DNA of 63,271 bases, counting the filler, from Octopus bimaculoides (Eukaryota), in NCBI RefSeq assembly GCF_001194135.2. It is 5 parts of 5 records of this genome, joined end to end, with 100 filler letters (N's around TTAATTAATTAA, not from the genome) between each part and the next. Parts side by side here need not be neighbours in the genome. Positions count along the whole stretch, not along the records: positions 1 to 20,888 come from NC_068985.1; 4 more parts are not named here. The stretch is one strand, 5' to 3'. Position 1 is the first letter of the stretch. Each line of letters opens with the position of its first letter. Positions 1-11,333 of this stretch are shown here, piece after piece. The translations under genes and the position numbers were made by a program. Under the pieces are notes generated by a model. It made no database searches, had not been told where the DNA came from, and saw only the letters and a program-made list of their open reading frames with translations.

Positions 1-1589
1 CAGGAAGAGAATTCTAAAGAGTTGATGTTATGGGAGGAAGAATTACATCCAGTGTTTAGTACAAGGCTGGCAGAGTTATACAAACCACGGCTAATGAGAG
101 GCGAGGATGCAGATATGTGAGAGGGGTTTGAGTGGGAGTTGTATGCAACTAACTGGCTAGTTCAATAAAGCAGGAGCTGTTGTAGCAGCAATAGAAGAGA
201 CAGATTGAGGAGATGGTGCACCTGTGGCTTATAGTTTGAAGTTCGTTGAAGAGTGAACATTTAGCAATCAATTGTATGATTTTCTTTTGGATGCAATGCC
301 ATTCAAGATGAAGGAGAAAATATTCCATTGGGTCTTACTCAGGCTTTTAAGAGAATCAGAAGTTCACTGAAACTGAAGTGTATCTTGATCCTGAAAAGAA
401 AAACCAGTCTTTGGGATGGGATGTGGTCATTTGCTTTCCATTTGATACAAGTCAAGTGAAACTGTGTCCTCCACAGAATATCTTCAAGTCTGTAGTGTAG
501 ATTGAGTTATACTTTTATTGCTGTTTTGATCAGAACAAATCTGAATTTTCAAGAACATAAAAAAATACTATATTTCTGAGTTCTCATTTTTATTGATATT
601 TTTATTTTTAACCCTACCTGAAAAGATGATGATGACAACGACTATGATGACGACACCACCACCACCACCATATTATTAATAGTAAATTATAGATCTATTT
701 ATTATAACTGGCTGGACCTGTGAAAAATTCATGGAAGATATAAAAAATGTAAGCATTTTCAGGATGTTGACAAAATGTGCAGTTATGCACAAAATGTAAG
801 CTTCCAAATCCTGTTTCCTGACTGAGTGAAAATGATCAATCTTTAAACCTCTATAACTTTTTTAAAACATTTTTCTGGAAAAAAATGAAATAACTCCAGC
901 AATTCATTTTGGGCAAGTGTATTATTTTGCCAATGTCGGAGCAACCAGTGGACATTGAAGGATCAACGCCGAGAAGGAAAAAATATTTACATATATTTGT
1001 TTGCCCAACAGATAGCTAGAGAGACAGTAGTACTTGTAGTGATAGTGAAAATTTTTTCCGATAGTGACAAAAAAGGTTGCTGTCTGCCAGTAGAAAGGGA
1101 AAGAGTAAGGAATGCATGGTGCTGACTAGAAAGGAAGAAAGGATAAATGTGGCTCTGCTCTGATTGGCTGTATGCAAATAAGTTCATTACTGGGGTATGG
1201 AACGCTGGTGGAAAAAAAAAAAAATTCGCATGCCAAGTGAGAGATTGTGTAACTTTTTGACTCTGCGTGTGTTGTACTTACAAACGTGTTTATATTCTTT
1301 AATGTGATAAAATGTTGAATTAGATTATTATCCTGCTTCTAGCTTCAGTGTTGCTGCCAGGATTTGAAAAGCAGGGTACATTTCTCTCCTTATTTTGTGA
1401 CTTATGGGGAATTTTTGAAAAATGGGAGAATTCACAACGTTGTTCAATGAACAAATTAAACACACTACCTGGCAGTGACAAAAGCATAAAGTAATCAAGT
1501 TTATATATGAACTTTCTTTTTATATGCTTGTTTCCTTTTACACAATATTAAAACTACAGCTAAAAATTTTCTGAAGCAGCACCCACACT

Positions 1590-1985
1590 AATTTTATTTA
1601 CAAGCCGCCACTGTTCAAGAGCAATTTAAAAATAGAGTGAGATGTTCTTCCTCCTGGAAGTAAAGTAGCAGCAATACCTGAAGAAGCAACAGCTAAAGCC
1701 ATTTTTTTCTCTTGTTGCACTTTGGCAAGTAAAAGTTTAATGACAAATGTTTTGGCAGTTCTTGCAGAAGCATCAAGAAAAAAAATGCCCTCCCGTTTGA
1801 TCAAAAACCTTTTCTAGTATAGTATTGTAGAATACTTTTTGTTCAAGCGACAATTTTGGTTCATTTTCACTAACATATCTTGAGAGGTCTTCAATGTTGT
1901 ATGAAGTCTCATAATAGAGATGTTGTTAAACTATCGAGTTCAGAACGACTGGTATGAGAAAGTCCATACCCATGCAATTCATTCC
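1590..1985 (-). pseudogene. Helitron PIF1-family helicase, N-terminal part (motifs I and Ia), truncated
   Basis: ETSYNIEDLSRYVSENEPKLSLEQKVFYNTILEKV then GIFFLDASARTAKTFVIKLLLAKV..MALAVASSGIAATLLPGGRTSHSIFKL. Walker A is degenerate (ASARTAKT vs GPGGTGKT). Confidence 0.9.
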
Positions 1986-1988
1986 CTT

Positions 1989-2413
1989 TCACAGAAACAA
2001 TTTCTCTTCAATGGCAATTAACACAGCATTGTAGATTTTGTCACTGTATTCTATTTTTGTGCCAGGACATTGTAATCGAACCTGGTATTTGTAATCATTA
2101 ATGAACATAATAATCCATACAGGATACAGTTCTTTTGGAAGTGATTCCTCCAATTTGTGACATCGAAAGCGATATCCATCTTCTCTGTTAGCAAAAAGCA
2201 AGGGATATTGTAAAGCATCATATGAACGATGAGTTTCATTTATGAACGTGATGCTATTGTCACAATATTTCAAAACAATATCTCGTTTACCAATTGTTCT
2301 CCAACCATAATAATAACCATTTCAGTACACTCAGGAATATTGAATCAACGGACATGTTCTCCTGCTGGTGTTTTGTCGGCATCAATAACAACTTGAAAGT
2401 CTGCAGTTGAAGT
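1989..2413 (-). pseudogene. Helitron RepHel pre-Rep region fused by deletion to the pre-helicase linker
   Basis: TADFQVVIDADKTPAGEHVR*, INETHRSYDALQYPLLFANREDGYRF and KRTVSCMDYY, then a jump to EYSDKIYNAVLIAIEEK. Confidence 0.85.
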
Positions 2414-3490
2414 ATAGTCTAAAGTGTAGTGTACACTCAAGTGAAATTCTTCTCCCCTTTATTATATATACATACATTTCAATGTAGCAGATAACAGCTA
2501 ACCTTTGGCAACTATTTGGACCCCGTTGTGTCCACTACTCTGATTGGTTGGTATTAGTACAATTTGTCCCTTACTCTGTCGCACCAATATGCAGCGTAAA
2601 ACCAATCGGAGCCCCTAAATAAGATTATGTAAGACAGCCTTTTCTCAACCCCGTTTTAACCTACTGTTAATTATAAAGAAACTCACTTTCTCCTCGTTTT
2701 GAAGTCTTTGGTTCCAGACCTTTTAAAATCTAGCTACTGACTATACAAAACACAGCCAGTTCCAGCGACAACGCCAGACGTCAACACCTGTCCAACAGCA
2801 AAACACCCAGGTTACAACACAGCACTGTTTGTGAATTACTTCACCATAGATCAACAGCAAATATGCAACCTGCAAGCCAGACGACAACACCTGTCCAACA
2901 GTATAGCAGCAACAACCGACTTTGTCGCCACCATCCTAACGACATCAACATCGTCTATAGGTACACAGCTCAACAAGCAACTCGCACAGGTTCCAATACT
3001 GCTCTATTTGTGAATTACTTCATGGTTAACAGCAAATATACAACCTGCGAGAGCTCCTGTACAAGTGACACAGGCAGCAGCATTACAGCCACAACTTCAT
3101 ACGACACGTACCGCAACCAGCTCTGCATCACCGTCTCTTCTTGATACAGTATTTCAACTACCGTGTACAATTGACTACAAACTGGTATTTTCTTTCCTGT
3201 GTCTATGAACATTCGTCTAACTTCTCATAATAGACTCTTTCACTTTCTTCCTCATTATTGTTCTATGTAGCACACACATACATCCATGCATATACAGACA
3301 TGCCCTCATGACGGCCTGTCTATTATTCTGTATACATGACGCACACACAGACACATGCTAACGTATCAATAAATCATCTCTCAAACATTCTACTCGGTTG
3401 TCTCTCTCTTTTCCAACAGGCACCTTATATGTATTATTCCAGCTTCCTGAACAAAGTCGTTATTAGATAGTTCCACCACGCTTCCATGAC
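2414..3490. other. Unidentified ~1.08-kb insert splitting the Helitron A reading frame
   Basis: RepHel reads ..YVRSFQYAFQM at 3491 and resumes TSTADFQVV at 2413. The intervening DNA has no Helitron motifs and has internal imperfect repeats. No TSD seen. Confidence 0.7.
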
Positions 3491-4035
3491 CATCTGAAAA
3501 AGCATACTGAAAGCTTCTCACATAAAAATTCTTTTCGTGAAGCATTCCTTGCAGCTTAAAAATAAGTTTTAATCTTGTACCTGGACAATTCTTGTGCGAT
3601 ACTGTGCTTCCTTTTGAATGTCACCTACAAAATATATTTCTAAAAATGGTGGATCTTTATTTTGTTAAGGTTTAAGAGAGCCAACTCTGTGATATATTTT
3701 TCCTTGTACTTTAAAAGTTGACATAAACACAATTTCCCTTAAAAACTTTTGTCCCAAATGATGGCATTTGGAGAGTAGAATTGAATGCTTGAATATTTTT
3801 AAGAAAGTGTTTTGATTCTGAAGTGGTATCTAAAAGATGTTTTATAAGTTCTAGAGGCTCAATTATTGGTAAATGGACTTTACCTTTAGAACAACACATA
3901 CCTAATGATTCCTTGTCCCACTTCCTAGCACCACACTTTTCACATGTTTTGCACATAGAGCCCCAGGGAGACAATTTTTTCAGATACATAATTACGATTT
4001 GGATCATAATTAAATGCTACACCTTCCCATTGAAN
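3491..4035 (-). pseudogene. Helitron RepHel N-terminal Zn-finger-like region
   Basis: VAFNYDPNRNY, CKTCEKCGARKWDKESLGMCCSKGKVHLP, SKHFLKNIQAFNSTLQMPSFG, TFKVQGKIYHRVGSL, LQGMLHEKNFYVRSF. Confidence 0.9.
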
Positions 4036-4189
4036 NNNNNNNNNTATCTATAGTCCAATGATATTTCGGAATACAATTCCTTCTTCAGATATTCGCTGCT
4101 ATAATCTGTTTTCATATTAAGTGTTTTAATATTGTCTTGTGATGTTTCATTTCCGTCTACATTTCTTTCATATTCATGATTGTTTATGG

Positions 4190-4552
4190 GAAAGAGAGCA
4201 TCGTAGTGGCCATTGCCAAGCTCGCCACTATATAATACTAAAACCTCCCTTTCTGTAATTTTTTGACTGCAAACGGTGAACAGAGGAAAAATAATTTCAT
4301 CGTTATTTCTGAGATGAACCTAAATTGCAACATTGTACAATTCAATAATGGCAGCTAATTCAATAAAACCGCCGTATGTTCCATCCCTACTCATGTATAC
4401 TTGGTATTCCTGCATTGTACTATTAGGAATAAAAGAACGAAAATACTTCCAATTATTGCATATGTATCGTAGGGACTCTTCTCAAAGAATTTGGGAATTC
4501 CTGTTGTTTTTGAGCAAGAGTGACACAGCTCTGAACATACTGTTACCATGAC
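4190..4552 (-). pseudogene. OTU-family cysteine protease (deubiquitinase) domain at the N-terminus of Helitron A
   Basis: One frame: SHGNSMFRAVSLLLKNNRNSQIL*EESLRYICNNWKYF..YMSRDGTYGGFIELAAIIELYNVAI*VH..VLYSGELGNGHYDALF. This matches OTU DGNCLFRA / GG.IEL.A..LY.V.I / HYD motifs. D>H and C>S each need one base change; two stops. The frame stays open toward the Zn-finger up to a 10-N gap. Confidence 0.8.
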
Positions 4553-5264
4553 TTTATTAAAGGACTGAATTATTAAATTAATGTAATTGTTGAATATTTT
4601 TCAATAAATTCAGTAAGGGACTTTATCTTCAGTTTAAACTTTTGATGGTTTTGTGAACAGAACGCGACGGAAAATAACAACACCAAAAGGGATAAGATAC
4701 TAAATGATAACAAAATCCCCTTTAGAAATCTTTCTTTCAATCTTTGTGATAGATGAATGAGTGATTATAATTTTGTAAATAATAAAAACGAAATTAATAA
4801 GGGACTTCACCTTCAATGTTGACTTGAAACGTCTTCATGAAAAGAAAAGTGAACTGGCTCAAAGTATTTAGCAGACGATAACTTCTTCACAAATGGAAAA
4901 AACGGAATACTTCGGTTATTTCCGGATAATTTCGGTTTAACGTTGTCAAATACTTGTCTATAAATTTGCGAGTGTGCGTAAGTATGTGTTACAGAGAGAG
5001 AGGGAGACAGAGAGACAGACAGACTAACAAACGCAGAGCGAAAGACAGAGTGAAACAGACTGAGAGACAGAGAGAAAGAGACACGAGCGAGAAAGAGATT
5101 GATATGTGTCGCTCACACAACTCTGTCCTCCCCTTCTCTGATATCAGTCACACTCTCTATGCTACTATGTTTCCCCTTACACTGTCGCTCTTGCACCTTT
5201 CTCATTTTATCAAATGATAGCCCAACCTACCACTTCGATTGTATAATTCTTTTTTTTATTCTTT

Positions 5265-5592
5265 TATTTGTTTTAGTTATTTGACTGCGCCCATGCTAGA
5301 GCACCACATGTAGTCGAACAAACTGACCCCAGGACTTATTCTTTGTAAGCCTAGTTCTTATTCTATCAGTATCTTTTGTCGAACCATTAAGTTACTGGGA
5401 CGTAAACACACCAATATCGGTTGTCAAGCGATGGTGGAGTGGGGGAGGGGGCAAACACAGACACACAAACACACATATATTATTTATATCATTTATATAC
5501 GATTGGCTTCTTTCAGTTTCCGTCTACCAAATCAACTCACAAGGCTTTGGTCGGCCCAAGGCTATAGTAGAAGACACTTGCCCAAGGTGCCA
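5265..5592 (-). mobile_element. SINE family A (tRNA-derived), head truncated
   Basis: Matches the full-length copies at 38326-38723 and 37715-38137 (body GTAGACGGAAACTG, tail CAAATGACTGAAAC). Confidence 0.85.
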
Positions 5593-5624
5593 TATAAGAT
5601 ATAAAGATTATATATATATATAGA

Positions 5625-5737
5625 TATACTATGTGTGTGTGTCTTTGTTTGTCCCACCACCACCACTTGACAACCGGTGCTGGTTTGTTTATGTCCCCAT
5701 TACTTCGTAGTTTAGTAAAACAGACTGATAGAATAAG
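5625..5737 (+). mobile_element. SINE family A, central fragment ending at a gap
   Basis: CTTGACAACCGGTGCTGGT..GTCCCC..GATAGAATAAG as in family A. Confidence 0.75.
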
Positions 5738-6471
5738 NNNNNNNNNNNNNNNGAAACAAATAGGACAAAGGATAAATGGTAGGCTAAAATTCCCCATGGA
5801 ATCCCCAAGCACTACCTTGCAGTAAGTATAGGCATGACAGTTATTCGGTCAACACAACTATGACTAAAGTAACAAGAACGTGATATTGTCAAAAGCAAAA
5901 GATTATTCCGGAATCTAAACAAAGATATTAGTCATTGTTTGTTCTACCCAGTTGTTAATTTAATTGGGAAGGTAAAAGACAAGTTTAAGCAAGTTTCTGG
6001 TTTAAGCAGCATATTAGACAATTTTATATCCTTTGCTTTTTCCCTAACTTGGAATAATTTGTAATATTCAACTTAGCAAAGCAATTAAAGGTTGTATATA
6101 ATATACTAAGAAATAGATTCTGTAATAAAGTAAAAGAAACAAGTTTACCTTACAGTAAGTTTCCACTAGAATTTTATCTAACTACTATAATCAAGACTAG
6201 TGAGTAGAAGGAAGTTTGTAGTTATTCTTGTATGTCATCATTGTAAATGCTTACATTCTTCAATGCAATATCTCAATTAAGTATCATACAGAGTTCATTT
6301 ATTTATATTTTATATCACATGCTGGAGTATCTGCCTTGAAGGGTTTAGTAAAACAAATCAAGGAGAGGTACATGAGATCATCTGAAGTAGTTTCCTTTTA
6401 TTTCCAAGGGTGCCAAAATAAAAATTAAAAAAATTAAAAAATAAACAAAAATTTAAATTTAAATACAATAC

Positions 6472-6806
6472 AAATAGCAGTAGCATTCTTGCCTTTCCTG
6501 GGACTGCCACATTAAGTTGGCAACAAGTCATCACTTTATCATGCTGCTACTGCAATATTCCTAATTTTGTAGATCAGCAAATTTATTTCACTTCAAATTC
6601 TATAAGTTTCCAACAGCAATTTAGCACTGACAGCTAGCAAGGCTAAGCTACTCTAGACTGATAAAGAGCAATTATCCTGAAACTAGTCTCTGGATGCTGG
6701 CTTTGTTGGGTGGAGGTGCTTAACTCCCCTGTTTGAAAACTTAAGGACACAGAATGCTTGTGTTGCATAGCCAACTAGAAAATGTATTTCTTGAGGCTAA
6801 ATAGCA
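6472..6806 (+). mobile_element. Hammerhead-containing ~327-bp repeat monomer, copy 1 (retrozyme-like or Penelope pseudo-LTR-like)
   Basis: Bounded by the 8-bp direct repeat AAATAGCA (6472-6479, 6799-6806; period 327). Roughly 85-90% similar by eye to 11425-11713 but circularly permuted. Confidence 0.8.
6642..6701 (+). ncRNA. Type I hammerhead ribozyme, probably inactive (G8>A)
   Basis: Stem I CTAGA/TCTGG plus AGC/GCT; core CTGATAA (6658-6664); stem II AGAG-CAATTA-TCCT; GAAA; palindromic helix III ACTAGT; GTC site ending at 6688. Confidence 0.75.
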
Positions 6807-7382
6807 ATTTTAATCTTAATAATGATAACGTTTACAGTGAGTTACTTTGATATGAGTTTCAAGCTTCTCATAGGCATTTTCAAACTGAAAAATATATGTG
6901 TTACTGGCTGTCTAAATAGCAAAAGAATTTTTCTTACAAGTATATAAGCAAAAAAATATAAACAGAAAAGAGAAAAGAATATTAAAAAATATTTTAAAAA
7001 TATAAAAATTAAAATAAAAAATAATATATATATATGTGTAAAGAATGCAAAAGCATGTGTGAAGAAGGAGGAGGAGGAGGAGAAGAAGAAAAAGAAGAAG
7101 AAGAAGAACAACAACAACAACAAAAACACAAAGGAGGAAAGGAAGTCAAGAAGGGGAAGAAGAAGAGAAAAAAGTAAATGAAATGAAGAAAAAATAAATA
7201 TATAAAATAAAAATAAAATGGAAAATAAGCATAAAAACTAAGATTAATAGTATTTGAGAACAGTGGGGGGAAGGTTTAAGTCTATCAAATGGAAAATTTA
7301 GGAATGGTCGGTATTCTTGTGTTCTTGTCAAAAGTTGACGTGTGGTGAGGTTACCTATTCAGTTCTCACAGGTGGGATGGTG

Positions 7383-7385
<3 letters not shown>

Positions 7386-7444
<59 letters not shown>
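7386..7444. repeat. (CA)n microsatellite
   Basis: Directly visible. Confidence 0.98.
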
Positions 7445-7452
<8 letters not shown>

Positions 7453-7681
7453 CATATATATGTAGCATGGAATTTTGTCAGTGAACAGGTCGTAGTCTCA
7501 AACCGCCAAAAATTTTGGCAAATTAAATTTAAATGTTGGAGTGAATCTAATGATCTTTGTGTGTTTCTTAAATAGCTTATAAACACCTTCCACGCTGCAA
7601 TTTTTTTCCTTCCAGCACACGATCTCAGATCAAGTCACTTGCTATGCAAGTACATCTCTTATATGTATATATATATATATA

Positions 7682-7928
7682 TTAGGTTGGTGCTTAATTA
7701 TTGCAGCTTTTTTCAAATTTTATTCAACAAAAACAATAACAACATGTCACAAAAACATCTTTAAATGATTATTCTGGAGCATATTCACCTTCAACTTCAA
7801 TTACTGCTTCCCATTTGCTTGGCAGATGGTCAGACCGTCATTTAAAGATGTTTTTGTTAAATATTGTTATAGTTTTTGTTGAATAAAATTTCTTGAAAAA
7901 AAGCCGCAATAATTATGCACCAACCCAA
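7682..7928. mobile_element. mariner-derived MITE, 247 bp, TA target duplication
   Basis: TA|TTAGGTTGGTGCTTAATTATTGCAGC ... GCCGCAATAATTATGCACCAACCCAA|TA, with inverted repeats extending ~60 bp. The TIR resembles Hsmar1-type TTAGGTTGGTGCA. The interior encodes LPSKWEAVIEVEGEYAPE* (minus strand), like a mariner transposase C-terminus. Confidence 0.9.
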
Positions 7929-7977
7929 TACATGCATGCATACATACATACATACATACGTACATACATACATATAA

Positions 7978-8023
<46 letters not shown>

Positions 8024-8356
8024 CTGATACCAAACCAAAGATTGGTGTCATCTACNNNNNNNNNNNNNNNNNNNNNNNNNNNNNNNNNNNNNNNNNNNNN
8101 NNNNNNNNNNNNNNNNNNNNNNNNNNNNNNNNNNNNNNNNNNNNNNNNNNNNNNNNNNNNNNNNNNNNNNNNNNNNNNNNNNNNNNNNNNNNNNNNNNNN
8201 NNNNNNNNNNNNNNNNNNNNNNNNNNNNNNNNNNNNNNNNNNNNNNNNNNNNNNNNNNNNNNNNNNNNNNNNNNNNNNNNNNNNNNNNNNNNNNNNNNNN
8301 NNNNNNNNNNNNNNNNNNNNNNNNNNNNNNNNNNNNNNNNNNNNNCATACATATAA

Positions 8357-8402
<46 letters not shown>

Positions 8403-8889
8403 CTGATACCAAACCAAAGATTGGTGTCATCTACATATGCTTCACTAGTTTTTAAGAAACAAAAATAGATTCTTAGATTTAGCTTAATTCTTTTTGTTTT
8501 GTTTCTGAATTATTGATTACCAGAAAATGAAGTAAAATGAACAGTCAATGTATAGCTAGGTCAAGATTGACTCTGAGCATCAACATTCACAGGCATCCTT
8601 ATAACCTTGCTTTTAACAAAATGGTATTTTTAAGACATTTATCTTTTATTTATGTATTTTTTCATTTAAATGTTAAAAGCATTTGAGCAAGAATTCTTGA
8701 TAAATTCTTGATAAAGTAAATTCATTAATTATTATCTTTATTATTTAAGCTACTTGAATTTTTATTGATTTCAGGCAGTTTTGAAGATTAGAAATTTAAA
8801 GAAATTTATCTTCTGTTCTTTGTAAAAATTACTTGGAGAAATTAGATTCCTTTCTGTAATTTATCTTGTGAGTATAAAGAAATTTGTAG

Positions 8890-10400
8890 CATGGTTAGGC
8901 TTTGGCCATTATTAGACCAGACCATGTCTAACTTAATAGCATCAGCTACAGGATTCTTTGTTTTGGAACATTCATAGCCCACTTAAGTAGAGAGTTGCTA
9001 TTAGCTGAAGTATATTCAGGTGTCAGTGGTTTGTCTAATTTTTCTTGGTAAAATTTGCCCAGGTATTGTTTAAGTGTTGCAGGGATATTTTTCTTATTTA
9101 ATTTAATGCATGACTGATGCCAGTGCTATGTAAAAATCATCCAGTGCACTCTGTAATGTGGTTGGCATGAGTGAGGGTGTCAGACATTAGAAATCAAGCC
9201 AAATCAGACTGGAATTTGGTACAGCTCTATTGCTTGACAGCTCTGGTCAAACTGTCCAACCCATGCCAGCATGAAAAACAGACATTGAATAATGATGATG
9301 ATAATGTATTGCACTGGGGCTCAATCTTAGGTGAGCTGTAAACTTGATGCCAGTATCNNNNNNNNNNNNNNNNNNNNNNNNNNNNNNNNNNNNNNNNNNN
9401 NNNNNNNNNNNNNNNNNNNNNNNNNNNNNNNNNNNNNNNNNNNNNNNNNNNNNNNNNNNNNNNNNNNNNNNNNNNNNNNNNNNNNNNNNNNNNNNNNNNN
9501 NNNNNNNNNNNNNNNNNNNNNNNNNNNNNNNNNNNNNNNNNNNNNNNNNNNNNNNNNNNNNNNNNNNNNNNNNNNNNNNNNNNNNNNNNNNNNNNNNNNN
9601 NNNNNNNNNNNNNNNNNNNNNNNNNNNNNNNNNNNNNNNNNNNNNNNNNNNNNNNNNNNNNNNNNNNNGTTACACATAGGTCTCTGATATTAATTAATGC
9701 TATGAGAAACTCTCCCAAGGAAAAAGAGTATGGTCGTTTAAGTACATTGTATTTTCCATAGAGGATGAACTCAAATTTTTTCATTTAACTGCATGTCCCC
9801 TCCCCTCCCCATTGAATCACAGAGTGAGTTCTGTCCAGATGCATATTGACTTTCTGGAGCTTAAAGATTATAAGAAATGTTATTGTTTGATGACATTTTG
9901 GGAGTTATTTACGTAAATAATAAAAAGAAGTAGGCCTAATACAGTACCCTGGGGAGCACCACTAATGACTTTTGCTGAGCTTAAGTAAACTCTGTTGATC
10001 ATAACATGTTGGGTTCTGTTTACCACAAACTTCAGTGTTGTAGTTTTCTTTCAGCAGAATATTGTAATTGACTTTCTCAAAAGCTTTACTGAAGACAAGA
10101 TATATGTGTGACACCAGTTTTCTCCTAAAACATTTGGAATGTTATCGAGGTGGTTCTAAAGTTGTATTAGGAATTCTTTGCCACAGGACCCCCCCCCCCC
10201 GTGCTGGTTGGGATTTAGGAGACAGTTGCTCTCTAGAAAGACAATTACTTTTAGTCTCCCTACCTTATGAAAAGCTTTAATGAGGTGATAGTTCAGTGAG
10301 AGCAAGTGATAATTCTCTGGAAGTGACTTACTTCCTTTTTTTGAAAACTGGTATGACAGACTGAGATACAAACATGTTCAGGTATATGTCCTGTGTCTAG
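8890..10400 (-). mobile_element. CR1/L2-group LINE, degenerate RT to ORF2 C-terminus, split by a gap and a SINE
   Basis: PVFKKGSKSLPENYHLLSL, LLNPNQHG, SKAFEKV, SGAPQGTVLGLLLFIIYVN, NIRDLCV, and C-terminal LDKPLTPEYTSANSNSL near 8990-9070. Confidence 0.8.
9110..9305 (+). mobile_element. SINE 3' portion with (TGA)n tail (family C)
   Basis: GTGGTTGGCATGAG..GTCAAACTGTCCAACCCATGCCAGCATGAAAAACAGACATT followed by ATGATGATGAT. Family assignment is from recall of octopus SINE tails. Confidence 0.6.
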
Positions 10401-10564
10401 TGGTTTCCTACAGAGATTGAAGTGTTGCAAGTAGATAGAGGTGGGGCAAGTTGACGGCACTAGTGGGGAGCCTACAGCGGTGGGGATCTACTGCTGAGTT
10501 GTATTTTATTTATTGTCATTATGGTGTCCAGGGTACTAAAAGTTATCTCAAGGAGGATATTCTT

Positions 10565-10771
10565 TTATTTCTTTCAGTCATTTGACTGTGGCTATGCTGG
10601 AGCACCACCTTCAGTTGCACAAATCGACCCCAGGACTTATTCCTTGTAAGCCTAGTCCTTATTCTATCAGTCTCTTTTGCCAAACCGCTAAGTTACAGGC
10701 ATGTAAACACACTAATATCGGTTGTCAAGTGATGGTAAAGGGGGAAGAAACGCAAACACACAAACATATAG

Positions 10772-10835
<64 letters not shown>

Positions 10836-10992
10836 GGATTCTTTTAGTTTCCATCTACCAAATCCACTCACAAGGCTTTGGTCGGCCTGAAGCTATAGTA
10901 GAAGGCACTTGTCCAAGGTACCACACAGTGGGACTGAACCCAGGACCATGTGGTTGGCAAGCAAGCTACTTACCACACAGCCACTCTTGTGC
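10565..10992 (-). mobile_element. SINE family A, near full length
   Basis: Head TGGCTGTGTGG (A box) and GGTTCAGTCCC (B box), internal (TA)n, tail CAAATGACTGAAAG. Confidence 0.9.
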
Positions 10993-11029
10993 CTTGACAA
11001 TTTATTTGACTAATACTTCCTGTGGTGCA

Positions 11030-11110
11030 AACATACCTGTGTGGTTAAGAAGCTTGGTTGCAGCCATGTGGTTTCAGGTTCAGTCCCACTCTGTCACACC
11101 TTGGGCAAAT
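11030..11110 (+). mobile_element. SINE family A, head only
   Basis: CTGTGTGGTTAAGAAGCTTG..GGTTCAGTCCCACT..CCTTGGGCAA. Confidence 0.75.
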
Positions 11111-11333
11111 TTATTGTTTCAAAATAGAGCAATCCACAAGTAGAAAGTTGAGGTCATTCGTACATTTCCAGAGTTGCATTGACACAATAAAACATTAACA
11201 TTTTATAAATATAAACAAACTTACATTTGTTTTTATTAGAAACATCAAAATGTGTATTGTACAATACAAACAAGAAGTGATATTTTTTTGAACGCAGTAT
11301 TAATTTACTCATTATTTCTGCTATTCTAACTGC

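Larger units (their letters stand above)
1590..4560 (-). mobile_element. Helitron A: degenerate, internally deleted canonical-type Helitron (OTU - Zn-finger/N-terminal region - [Rep deleted] - start of PIF1 helicase), interrupted by a 1.1-kb insert
   Basis: Collinear minus-strand RepHel motifs: AFNYDP..CEKCGARKW..GMCCSKGKV, TFKVQGKIYHRVGSL, DADKTPAGEH, ETHRSYDALQYPL, IYNAVLIAIEEK, FFLDASARTAKTF, ASSGIAATLLPGGRTSHS. Stops and frameshifts throughout; termini not identified. Confidence 0.9.

Noticed and set aside
200-400. Minus-strand SLSKTQWNIFSFILNGI as the start of a PIF1 helicase
   Set aside because: No Walker A follows and there are several stops; the resemblance is too weak.
7965-8434. 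~90-bp direct repeat either side of a gap (also 34833-34892 vs 35400-35456)
   Set aside because: Identical sequence flanking N runs is most simply an unmerged contig overlap.
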